Assembly (NCBI GenBank): GCA_025355305.1
Contig: JANXZW010000058.1
Location: forward strand, 6,332 to 70,331
Direction: 5' to 3'
DNA length: 64,000 nucleotides
Source: Actinomycetes bacterium
Lineage (GTDB): Bacteria > Actinomycetota > Actinomycetes > Nanopelagicales > Nanopelagicaceae
The notes under the pieces were generated by a model. That model was not told where the DNA came from, did not search any database, and saw only the letters and a program-made list of their open reading frames with translations. A program made the position numbers and the translations under genes. Of the stretch, positions 49,175-57,952 are shown one piece after another. Positions within the stretch are counted from its first letter, which is position 1, and each line of letters opens with the position of its first letter.

Positions 49175-49867
49175 GTGAACCCTGCAGCAAACCCACAGAT
49201 CTATGCCCATCGCGGGGCCTCTTTTGATCATCCTGAAATGTCGCGTGAGGCCTACCGGGCCGCCGTCGACCAAGGCGCCGATGGTTTTGAATGCGATCTG
49301 CGGCTAACCAAAGATTCTGTCCTTGTCTGTTGGCACGATGCCACAATGAAGAGAGTTGCCGATTACGATCTGGTAATTGCGGATTCAACCTATAGCGAAA
49401 TCAACTCCGCCTACCCCATCCTCACTCTCGTTGAACTCTTAGAAATCGCTCTGGAACATCGCAAAGGACTGGCACTAGAAACGAAGCATCCCGTTGCATC
49501 ACACGGGGCGGTAGAGCGCGAACTTCTTAAAGTTCTCGATAGCTACAAAGTTTTAATCGCAGAGGCCGGGATCTGCATTTCGATCATGTCATTCTCGTGG
49601 TTTGCGATCGCAAAGCTGCGGCGTTCAGGTTGGAATACCGTCTACCTGATCCCCGCTCGCTGGCTTGCACTCTTTAGCCCCGGGTATTCAATCGGACCCT
49701 CCGTAAGTGCGATAAAAAACTTACGGCCCACTCGCCTGCGAAATCGTAAGATTTTTGTGTGGACCGCAAATACCGAAGAACAGATCCTGCTCTGCAAGTC
49801 AAAAGGTATTGATGTGATGATGACCGATCGCCCGGCCTTTGCACGAGCTATTCTGGAAGGGCGCTAA
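49175..49867 (+). CDS. Glycerophosphodiester phosphodiesterase family protein
   Basis: GDPD motifs YAHRGAS and GADGFECDLRLTKD. GTG start. Confidence 0.8.
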   Translation: MNPAANPQIYAHRGASFDHPEMSREAYRAAVDQGADGFECDLRLTKDSVLVCWHDATMKRVADYDLVIADSTYSEINSAYPILTLVELLEIALEHRKGLALETKHPVASHGAVERELLKVLDSYKVLIAEAGICISIMSFSWFAIAKLRRSGWNTVYLIPARWLALFSPGYSIGPSVSAIKNLRPTRLRNRKIFVWTANTEEQILLCKSKGIDVMMTDRPAFARAILEGR

Positions 49868-50717
49868 ATCCTTGATGTGAGGTCATCTCACCATTAACGC
49901 GCACGCCTTTTCCAAGAACTACTCGACCGATCTCGATGGCCTGACGTGGAAAGGGTAGATGCGGAGAGATAGTTGCAACAAAGACGTGATCTTCACCGCC
50001 ATGAAAATCGATTGGTTCATCCGTGCTAATTTCTATTCCTACTCCTGAGGCGCGCGCAATATGCGAAAGTTCAGAGACCAATCCATCACTCACATCTGCC
50101 ATCGCAGATACTCCCGCAAGAGCGAAGTCGCGCGCCGCCAGGTAATCAACTACGGGACGACGATGCTGCATGGTTCTCTCATCTCTCACGCCTGCCTGCA
50201 GCAGATCCCATCCCGCAGCAGATCTCCCAGGTAGGTCGTTAATAATGACCAGATCCCCTACTCGTGCCCCACTGCGCAGAACCGGTTCTTTGACCGAGCC
50301 GTACACGGCAATCGAGATAACAAGTTCTTTCGCAGCAGTTAAATCCCCACCGACGACTCGCGCCCCGACCTTGGAGGCCTCATCCACAATTCCACGTGCC
50401 AACTCTTGGATCTCACCAACGCTAAATCCGGCAGGAAGCGCTGCGGCAACTAGGAGGTATTCGGGTTTTCCGCCCATTGCATAGATATCGGCAAGATTGG
50501 CCGCGGCGACTTTTGCGCCGATCTCAAAGAGCGATGACCACTCTCGCTTGAAGTGGACTCCCTCAACGGACATATCGGTAGCCAGTACAACCTCTCCCTT
50601 CGGCTGCGAAATCACCGCCGCATCATCTCCGATTCCAACGAGAAGTCGATCGTCGGGCTCAGGTGCGGATTCAAAGATCGCCTGTAGCGCGGCGATGAGC
50701 TCTGATTCACTCGCCAT
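49848..50717 (-). CDS. thiL: Thiamine-monophosphate kinase
   Basis: GIGDDAAV, ATDMSVEGVHF and DLTAA motifs of the AIR-synthase-like fold. Confidence 0.85.
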   Translation of the reverse strand: MASESELIAALQAIFESAPEPDDRLLVGIGDDAAVISQPKGEVVLATDMSVEGVHFKREWSSLFEIGAKVAAANLADIYAMGGKPEYLLVAAALPAGFSVGEIQELARGIVDEASKVGARVVGGDLTAAKELVISIAVYGSVKEPVLRSGARVGDLVIINDLPGRSAAGWDLLQAGVRDERTMQHRRPVVDYLAARDFALAGVSAMADVSDGLVSELSHIARASGVGIEISTDEPIDFHGGEDHVFVATISPHLPFPRQAIEIGRVVLGKGVRVNGEMTSHQGFSALPE

Positions 50718-50831
50718 AGAAAATTGCGCTCCTGCCCAGTAGGTTCTGGGAGTAGCCTAGAGCCCGTAAAGCGAAACTAGCAGTGCGGCTAGATCTTGAT
50801 TGTGTAAGACCAGTTCAGTGAAGGAGTCAAC

Positions 50832-51068
50832 ATGTCAGTACAGGTTTATATCTTGATTCAAACCGATGTCGGCAAGGCTTCCAGCGTTGCAAAGGCAATC
50901 TCGCAAATTGCGGGCGTGACCTTGGCTGAGGGAGTAACTGGCCCTTACGACGTGATCATGCGCGCAGAATCCCCCAGCATGGAAGAACTTGGCCGTGGCG
51001 TACTTTCGAAAGTGCAAGCCGTCCCAGGCATCACTCGCACCCTTACCTGTCCAGTGACCACCTACTAA
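50832..51068 (+). CDS. Standalone Lrp/AsnC ligand-binding (RAM) domain protein
   Basis: 78 aa with the beta-alpha-beta-beta-alpha-beta pattern YILIQTD...GPYDVIMRAE...ITRTLT. No HTH. Confidence 0.7.
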   Translation: MSVQVYILIQTDVGKASSVAKAISQIAGVTLAEGVTGPYDVIMRAESPSMEELGRGVLSKVQAVPGITRTLTCPVTTY

Positions 51069-51071
51069 GGA

Positions 51072-51824
51072 ATGGTTGCACCAAAACCTGTAATTCTCGC
51101 CATTCAAAATGATGAGACCGATGCCCCGCACCTAGTTGGATTCTGGCTAGAAGAAATTGGCTTTGAGATCCAGGTGCTTCGTGCCTTCGCGGGTGAGACC
51201 GTTCCTACACACGTGCCAGTTGGAATTGCCGCGCTCCTTCCTCTCGGCGGTCATATGAATGCAAATGAAGATCATCTACACCCCTGGCTTGCGGCAGAAC
51301 GTGCCCTCCTTAAAGATGCCATCGATCGCGACATTCCTATCTTTGCAATTTGCCTAGGCACCCAACTTCTAGCTGTAGCTGGAGGCGGTCGGGTTGAGAA
51401 GGCCGAACTCGGTGAGGTCGGTATTTATACGATCAATCGCCTGGATGTTGCTGATCCAATCTTTGACTTTAACGCGGTCCCCGCGGCACAGTGGCATGAA
51501 GATCAAGTGACTGTACTTCCTGCCGGAGCTACACTCTTAGCATCGAGTGAACGCTGTGAGAATCAGATCTATCGACTTGGTTCGAAGAGTTATGGAGTGC
51601 AGTTCCACCCCGAGATTGATCTCGAAATTGTAAAGTGGTGGGAGGCAGAAGCGGATGACGCCTTTAAGGATTCCGGAAAATCCACGATCCAAAGCGAGAT
51701 GGCCGCGGTGGAATCTGAATTGATCGCCACCTGGAAACCGATCATTCAAAGTTGGGGGCGGGAAGTTTTGAAGACTATTGCGCCGTCATCCCACCATCTG
51801 CTGAAACAATCGAACCAGTCATAA
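51072..51824 (+). CDS. Class I glutamine amidotransferase-like protein (C26/PuuD-like gamma-glutamyl hydrolase candidate)
   Basis: Nucleophile elbow IFAICLGTQLL and His motif VQFHPE. Confidence 0.75.
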   Translation: MVAPKPVILAIQNDETDAPHLVGFWLEEIGFEIQVLRAFAGETVPTHVPVGIAALLPLGGHMNANEDHLHPWLAAERALLKDAIDRDIPIFAICLGTQLLAVAGGGRVEKAELGEVGIYTINRLDVADPIFDFNAVPAAQWHEDQVTVLPAGATLLASSERCENQIYRLGSKSYGVQFHPEIDLEIVKWWEAEADDAFKDSGKSTIQSEMAAVESELIATWKPIIQSWGREVLKTIAPSSHHLLKQSNQS

Positions 51825-52563
51825 AGGAAGATTCGTCAGAGGCCAAGAAGAGAACTAAGTTGGCGATCTCTCTGGAAGTACCAGGACGGCCAATTGGTTG
51901 GAAAGAATCAATGGTCTTGTAGACATGATCCAAACCGCCCATCATCTTGGCATGAGCATGGTTGATAGGAGTGTCGACCCATCCTGGGCAGATAGCGTTA
52001 CAGCGAATCCCCATCTTGGCGTAATCCAGCGCGATACCACGAGTGAACATAACAAGTGCACCTTTGCTCGCAGAGTAGACACTGAGATAAGGCTCAGAGA
52101 CCAAGCCATTGACGCTCGACATATTAACTATGGAGCCATTGCCCTTTTTCAACATGAAGGGAATTACTGCGCGAGTTAGAAACATTGCGCCTTTAACATT
52201 TACATTGAGGGTGCGATCGATAGTTTCATTGCTCACCTCATGAAATACGCCAGGCAGATTCACTCCCGCATTGTTGACGAGGATATCTACGCTGCCAAAA
52301 TCCGCAGCGGTCTTTGAGACCAGAGCAGCGCAGGCCTCGGAGTCCGAAATGTCGATTCCGGCCCAAGTCGCGTGGCCTTCGCTTGCGTTTATCGACTCAG
52401 CAGTGGCCTTTGCGCCGCTCTCATTGATATCAGCACAGATCACAGTTGCGCCTTCCTCGGCCAACCGCACAGCACTCGCCTGTCCAATTCCGGATCCGGC
52501 CCCCGTGACAATTGCTACCAGCCCTTCGACTCTGCCTGTCATGCGAAAACTCCTTCCAAGCAA
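51775..52563 (-). CDS. Short-chain dehydrogenase/reductase (classical SDR)
   Basis: TGAGSGIG, NNAGV and YSASK motifs. Confidence 0.88.
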   Translation of the reverse strand: MLGRSFRMTGRVEGLVAIVTGAGSGIGQASAVRLAEEGATVICADINESGAKATAESINASEGHATWAGIDISDSEACAALVSKTAADFGSVDILVNNAGVNLPGVFHEVSNETIDRTLNVNVKGAMFLTRAVIPFMLKKGNGSIVNMSSVNGLVSEPYLSVYSASKGALVMFTRGIALDYAKMGIRCNAICPGWVDTPINHAHAKMMGGLDHVYKTIDSFQPIGRPGTSREIANLVLFLASDESSFMTGSIVSADGGMTAQ

Positions 52564-52631
52564 AATTGAGAGAAAAGAAATTCACCCGCCAACCTTGAGG
52601 GCCAACGGGTGAATTCTACCTAGTACAGGAG

Positions 52632-54161
52632 TTACATTTCGATGGTACGAACTGGTCCCTTGAAGTGATTCTTGGCTCCAGCGAACCACCAGATCAGAGC
52701 ACCACCCAAAATTACAATAACTGCAAGTGGGGTGTAATTGAAGCTAGTCCAAGAGAATCCTTTACGGAATGGAATAGCGCTAGGGGTGGCTGGCAAGATG
52801 AAGTAGATCGAAACGATGGCCACTTCCGACACAGCAAGTGGTGCAATCCAACGCCAATGTCGGCCGAGATTCCAATCACCTTGAACGAACTTATCGCCCA
52901 TGCGCCAACGCAAAAAGATCGGAATTGCAAAGGCGGTGAATAGACCGATGACAGTGATTGATGTGACAGCGAAGAAAGCGACTGGGTATCCAGGTACTCC
53001 TTTTGGAGCGTAGAGCGCCGGCAAAGTAATTACCAATGCTGCTGTTGCTATACCAATAGCCGCATTTGAGGGATTACGGTTCTTATCGAGCTTCGAGAAG
53101 AACTTACTTCCAGGTACTGCCTTATCGCGAGAGAAGGCGAATAACATCCGAGAACCAGCAGTTACGCAAGACATTCCGCAGAGGAACTGCCCCACGCAAC
53201 TGACGATAAAGACTAGCTTCGCCCAGATTCCAAGACCAAGAACCGTCACGATAACAGCGCCAGATGATCCACCGCCCTTTGTGATTGCATCAGCCTGTGC
53301 ACCTGTAATCGAGAAGAGCATTGCAAGAAGCATTACCCAACCAGCAACACCGGAGTAAGCGATCGACTTCCAAATACCTTTAGCTGCCTCTGTCGATGCT
53401 CCACCGGTCTCTTCTGAGACGTGAGCGGATGCGTCGAAACCTGTAAGGGTGTATTGAGAGAGTAGGAAGCCAAGTGGGAAGATGTACCACCAGAACTTGC
53501 CGTTACCAGTTCCAAATCCACCATTGTTAATCTGATGACTAAATACCCATGAAGCAGAGGCGTGGTGGGTTGGGTAGAAAATGAAGATTCCGATGATGAG
53601 TGCTACACCAACCACGTGCCACCAAACGTTGACGCCTTGGAATTGGTGAATCAACTTTGCGCCATAGACGTTGATGAAGACGTGAGCGAGCAAGATAATT
53701 AAGAAGATTAAGAATGTTTGCTTGAGATTGGTTGGATTAAACCAATGCCAGTACTGAGCAGCAGCATTCTGCGCGAAGAGCGCTAGACCAAAGTCCACAC
53801 CAGCTGTAACAGCAATAAGACCCATCAAGTTAAGCCAACCGGTAATCCATCCATGAATTGGGCGGCCAAGCTTGAGAGACCAATAATAAATTCCACCAGC
53901 GGTAGGCATTGCTGAGACCAATTCCGACATGGACAGACCCACGAGGATTACGAAGGTGGCAACGAGAGGCCAGCCGAGTGCGATAGCAACTGGGCCGCCG
54001 TTATTCCAAGCTTGCCCAAAGGTTGTGAAGCAGCCTGAGAGAATCGAGATAATGGAGAAAGAAATTGCAAAGTTGTTAAAGCCTGACCACTTGCGGTCAA
54101 ACTCTTGTTTATAACCAAGTTCCGCTAATTTTTTGGCATCTGCATCATGAGTGGTGCTCAT
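52632..54161 (-). CDS. APC superfamily amino-acid/amine permease
   Basis: N-terminus LGYKQEFDRKWSGFNNFAISFSIISIL and about 12 TM segments. The start is trimmed to ATG 54161; ATG 54176 is also possible. The ORF-track start 54272 adds a non-hydrophobic extension that contains a repeat. Confidence 0.8.
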   Translation of the reverse strand: MSTTHDADAKKLAELGYKQEFDRKWSGFNNFAISFSIISILSGCFTTFGQAWNNGGPVAIALGWPLVATFVILVGLSMSELVSAMPTAGGIYYWSLKLGRPIHGWITGWLNLMGLIAVTAGVDFGLALFAQNAAAQYWHWFNPTNLKQTFLIFLIILLAHVFINVYGAKLIHQFQGVNVWWHVVGVALIIGIFIFYPTHHASASWVFSHQINNGGFGTGNGKFWWYIFPLGFLLSQYTLTGFDASAHVSEETGGASTEAAKGIWKSIAYSGVAGWVMLLAMLFSITGAQADAITKGGGSSGAVIVTVLGLGIWAKLVFIVSCVGQFLCGMSCVTAGSRMLFAFSRDKAVPGSKFFSKLDKNRNPSNAAIGIATAALVITLPALYAPKGVPGYPVAFFAVTSITVIGLFTAFAIPIFLRWRMGDKFVQGDWNLGRHWRWIAPLAVSEVAIVSIYFILPATPSAIPFRKGFSWTSFNYTPLAVIVILGGALIWWFAGAKNHFKGPVRTIEM

Positions 54162-54190
54162 ATATGTGCGTCCCATCCGTTTGTCGGTGA

Positions 54191-54216
54191 TCCGATTTCC
54201 GATTTCCGATTTCCGA
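54191..54216. repeat. 7-bp tandem repeat TCCGATT x3.7 (GGAAATC on the permease strand)
   Basis: Read directly. It lies 15-55 nt upstream of the candidate permease start codons. Confidence 0.8.
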
Positions 54217-54420
54217 GGGACGCCAGGGGATGCGCCAGCCGCGGGTTGAGCGCAAGTGTGCCTTGTCACCATCGCTTTTGGAAGGGAATTCGGGGGGATT
54301 TCACAGGGTTTTTATAGATGCCGCCACCAAACTACTTCTATTGTGCGCCCCTTCACCCCCTAGTAGCCTCCCTTCATTAGGCCACTTGAGCCAGAGTGGT
54401 CGACCTAGTCGGAGGTATTT

Positions 54421-55770
54421 GTGTCTCTCTCCTTGGAGCAGTTAAAGGAAGATGTAGCTAGTGGAAAGATCGACACCGTTGTTGTCGGTGCAACAGATAT
54501 GCAAGGCCGGTTGCAAGGTAAACGAATTCACGCACCCTTCTTCATCGCCGACACCATCAAGAATGGGACCGAGGGTTGCAACTACCTTCTAGCGGTAGAT
54601 ATCGAGATGAATACCGTGCAGGGGTATGACGTCTCCTCTTGGGATACCGGATACGCCGACATGGGTATGGCGCCGGATTTTGAGACATTGCGCTATCTCC
54701 CTTGGCATGAAGGAACTGCGATGGTCGTGGCTGATTTCGTTGATCATCACAAGCACGACATCTCAGTCTCCCCTCGCAGCATTCTGAAGAAGCAGCTCGC
54801 GCGAGTAGATGCGGCCGGGATGCTGGCGCTCTGCGGTACGGAACTTGAATTCATTGTTTTCCAAGATACCTATGAGCAAGCCTGGGATAAGGGCTACAAA
54901 GGCCTAACACCTGCCAACCAGTACAACGTTGATTACTCATTGATAGGAACATCACGCGTCGAGAAGTTGCTCCGCGCTATCCGCCTGAACATGGATGGCG
55001 CTGGCTTGATCGTGGAATCGGCCAAGGGCGAGTGCAACTTTGGACAGCACGAGATTGCCTTTCGATACGAAGATGCGCTGCGCACCTGTGACAACCACTC
55101 TATTTACAAGATGGGTGCAAAGGAGATTGCATCCCAGCAAGGCTGCTCACTCACCTTCATGGCGAAGTTCAATGAACGTGAAGGAAGTTCCTGCCACATC
55201 CACCTCTCCTTCCGCGAGAAGGATGGTTCTGCCATTCTCGCTGGGGATGCGGGCGATGGACTTTCAACGCTCGGTCGCCATTATTTAGCGGGAATTCAAG
55301 CTCATATGCGCGAACTCACCCTGCTCTTTGCTCCCAATATCAACTCCTACAAGCGCTTCCAATACGGCACCTTCGCCCCAACCGCTCTCAAATGGGGCCG
55401 TGATAACCGCACCTGCGCGCTGCGCCTAGTCGGACAGGGGCACTCCCTCCGGATTGAGAACCGAGTTCCTGGTGGGGACGCCAATCCATACCTCGCGGTC
55501 GCAGGAATGGTGGCAGCCGGGCTCGATGGAATCGAGAGTGAGCTTCTCCTGGAGCCGGCCTTTGAGGGTAACGCCTACGCTCTAGAGACTGCGCGTGTGC
55601 CAACCTCGCTCCACGAGGCTCGTGATCTTTGGGCCAATAGCGAATGGGTGAGGAAGACCTTCGGAGAAGATGTCCAGAAGCACTACACCCATATGGCAGA
55701 TACTGAAATTGATGCGTTCGGCCGCGCAGTCACCGACTGGGAGCGCGTGCGTAACTTCGAACGGATGTAA
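54421..55770 (+). CDS. Glutamine-synthetase-fold gamma-glutamyl-amine ligase candidate (GlnA3/GlnA4/PuuA-like)
   Basis: GS catalytic-domain motifs ELEFIVF, KGECNFGQHEIAF, SSCHIHLS, NSYKRF and RIENRVPGGDANPYL. 449 aa, GTG start. Confidence 0.75.
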   Translation: MSLSLEQLKEDVASGKIDTVVVGATDMQGRLQGKRIHAPFFIADTIKNGTEGCNYLLAVDIEMNTVQGYDVSSWDTGYADMGMAPDFETLRYLPWHEGTAMVVADFVDHHKHDISVSPRSILKKQLARVDAAGMLALCGTELEFIVFQDTYEQAWDKGYKGLTPANQYNVDYSLIGTSRVEKLLRAIRLNMDGAGLIVESAKGECNFGQHEIAFRYEDALRTCDNHSIYKMGAKEIASQQGCSLTFMAKFNEREGSSCHIHLSFREKDGSAILAGDAGDGLSTLGRHYLAGIQAHMRELTLLFAPNINSYKRFQYGTFAPTALKWGRDNRTCALRLVGQGHSLRIENRVPGGDANPYLAVAGMVAAGLDGIESELLLEPAFEGNAYALETARVPTSLHEARDLWANSEWVRKTFGEDVQKHYTHMADTEIDAFGRAVTDWERVRNFERM

Positions 55771-55784
55771 GGTACCCATTTATT

Positions 55785-57149
55785 ATGAGCATATTTACCG
55801 TCATTAATCCTGCCAGTGCACTCCCGGTAGCCGAAGTCGTACTGGCCGATCTCGCAGATACCGATCTCATCATTCAACGGGCCCACAACGCCTTTGATAG
55901 TTGGCGCAAGGTCAACCCTGGAGATCGCGCTAGATTACTTCGCAACTTTGCCCGGGTAGTGGACGAGCACATTGAAGAGCTCGCCGCACTTGAAGTTATT
56001 AACTCGGGTCACACCATCGCAAATGCACGTTGGGAAGCAGGCAATGTCCGCGACTGCCTCAATTACTACAGCGCCGCTCCTGAGCGCCTCTTCGGCCGCC
56101 AGATCCCGGTTCCAAATGGCATCGACATCACCTTCAAGGAACCACTGGGCGTTATTGGAATAATCGTGCCTTGGAACTTCCCCATGCCAATTGCTGGTTG
56201 GGGCTTTGCACCTGCACTTGCTGCTGGTAACACCGTCGTTCTTAAGCCCGCCGAACTCACACCGTTAACCGCGATCCGCCTAGGTGAACTTGCGCTCCTC
56301 GCCGGAATTCCCGAGGGAGTCTTCACGGTAATTCCAGGCAAGGGCAGTATCGTCGGTGAGCGCTTTGTCACCCACCCACTGGTTCGCAAAATCGTCTTCA
56401 CCGGCTCTACCACGGTCGGCAAGGGAATCATGCGCGGCTGCGCCGATCAAGTAAAGCGCCTAACCCTTGAACTCGGCGGCAAGAGCGCGAATGTGATCTT
56501 TGCCGATGCCGATATCGAGAAGGCCGCTGCCAGCGCGCCAGGTGCGGTCTTTGATAATGCGGGTCAGGATTGCTGTGCGCGCTCTCGCATCCTGGTACAA
56601 CGCTCAGTCCTCGACTCCTTTATGGAGAAATTTGAAGTTGCCGTTAAGAAGTTCCGCGTGGAGTCCCCTGAACTTGAAAGCGCTGAGATGGGCCCGCTCA
56701 TCTCAGCTGGTCAACTAGAACGTGTTCGTGAATATATCCCAGAGGGAACAGAGATCGCTTTTACCGGTAGTAAGCCCGATAGCGCTGGATACTGGATGGC
56801 TCCCACCGTGCTGCTTGCTCGTTCAACTTCGGATCGTGCATATCGCGAGGAGATCTTTGGACCTGTGGTTTCGGTCCTGCCCTTTGAGGATGAGGCTGAT
56901 GCGATACGCCTCGCCAATGATTCTGAGTATGGTCTGTCGGGTTCCATCTGGTCGCGCGATATCGGTCGCGCCGTTCGAGTATCTCGCGCGGTGGAGGCTG
57001 GGAACCTCTCGGTTAACTCGAACTCTTCTGTCCGCTATTGGACTCCATTTGGTGGTTATAAGCAATCTGGCTTAGGCCGCGAACTTGGCCCGGATGCTCT
57101 GGACTCGTTTACCGAAACTAAGAACGTCTTCTTCGATACCAATATCTAG
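55785..57149 (+). CDS. NAD(P)+-dependent aldehyde dehydrogenase
   Basis: VPWNFP, ELGGKSANVIF and catalytic Cys context GQDCCARSR. Confidence 0.9.
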   Translation: MSIFTVINPASALPVAEVVLADLADTDLIIQRAHNAFDSWRKVNPGDRARLLRNFARVVDEHIEELAALEVINSGHTIANARWEAGNVRDCLNYYSAAPERLFGRQIPVPNGIDITFKEPLGVIGIIVPWNFPMPIAGWGFAPALAAGNTVVLKPAELTPLTAIRLGELALLAGIPEGVFTVIPGKGSIVGERFVTHPLVRKIVFTGSTTVGKGIMRGCADQVKRLTLELGGKSANVIFADADIEKAAASAPGAVFDNAGQDCCARSRILVQRSVLDSFMEKFEVAVKKFRVESPELESAEMGPLISAGQLERVREYIPEGTEIAFTGSKPDSAGYWMAPTVLLARSTSDRAYREEIFGPVVSVLPFEDEADAIRLANDSEYGLSGSIWSRDIGRAVRVSRAVEAGNLSVNSNSSVRYWTPFGGYKQSGLGRELGPDALDSFTETKNVFFDTNI

Positions 57150-57208
57150 CAGCTAATATCCATTTCCTAATTTCGAATATATAACCTACTCACGAAAAGG
57201 AGTCAGAT

Positions 57209-57952
57209 ATGTGTCGCCTAATGGGATTTGTTTCTACAGATGAGAAGACGCTGGTTGAGGCAGCCGGTCCAGAGTTTGCCGAATTCGCAGCGCTCTCATC
57301 CCGCCACGGTGATGGCTGGGGAATTGCAACCTGCAACGTCAAAGAGCATCCCACCCTTCTTGTAGAGCCCACCCGCGCCAAGGAGAGCATCGTCTTTGAT
57401 CAGGCAACTCACAACCTTAAATCAAATGGGGCGCTACTCCACCTGCGCTGGGCCACGGGAGCGTTGGCGGTCAACGAGGGAAATACTCATCCTTTCGCGT
57501 ATCACGACTACTCCTTCATCCATAATGGAGCGCTCACTCCTCCCGACCCAATCCTGCCTCTGATCGAAGCCAAGTTTTTGGCGCTGCGCCGCGGTACCAC
57601 CGACAGTGAGAGCTACTTTTATCTGATCATCAATGAGATTGAAAAGTACGGTGTAGAAAGTGGTATTCGATCCGCAATCAAGGCAATCGGTGAAGTGACC
57701 ACCTACTCGAGCATCAATGCGATGTTCCTTACCCCCACCGAGTTCTTCGTCATTAACGAACATCACAATGAAAAGATCCCCCAGAGTGAACGTGCGGATT
57801 ACTACGACCTCTTTTACAAAACCGAAGGCAATGAGGTCTTGGTTGCTTCATCCGGATGGACGCAAGAAGGTTGGACAGAAATACCGAACCATCACCTGCT
57901 AAAAGTTGACCGCTCTACCCTAGAAATTTCGGTGACTCCTTTTAACGCGTAA
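57209..57952 (+). CDS. Class II (Ntn) glutamine amidotransferase domain-only protein (EgtC/YafJ-like)
   Basis: N-terminal MCRLMGF (Cys2 nucleophile), GDGWG and RWAT...NTHPF pattern. There is no synthase domain. Confidence 0.75.
   Translation: MCRLMGFVSTDEKTLVEAAGPEFAEFAALSSRHGDGWGIATCNVKEHPTLLVEPTRAKESIVFDQATHNLKSNGALLHLRWATGALAVNEGNTHPFAYHDYSFIHNGALTPPDPILPLIEAKFLALRRGTTDSESYFYLIINEIEKYGVESGIRSAIKAIGEVTTYSSINAMFLTPTEFFVINEHHNEKIPQSERADYYDLFYKTEGNEVLVASSGWTQEGWTEIPNHHLLKVDRSTLEISVTPFNA

Noticed and set aside
54162-54272. ORF-track N-terminal extension of the APC permease (MVTRHTCAQPAAG...)
   Set aside because: The extension is non-hydrophobic and contains the 7-bp repeat. Permease homology begins near MSTTHD.../KKLAELGYKQEF, so the extension is treated as 5' leader.
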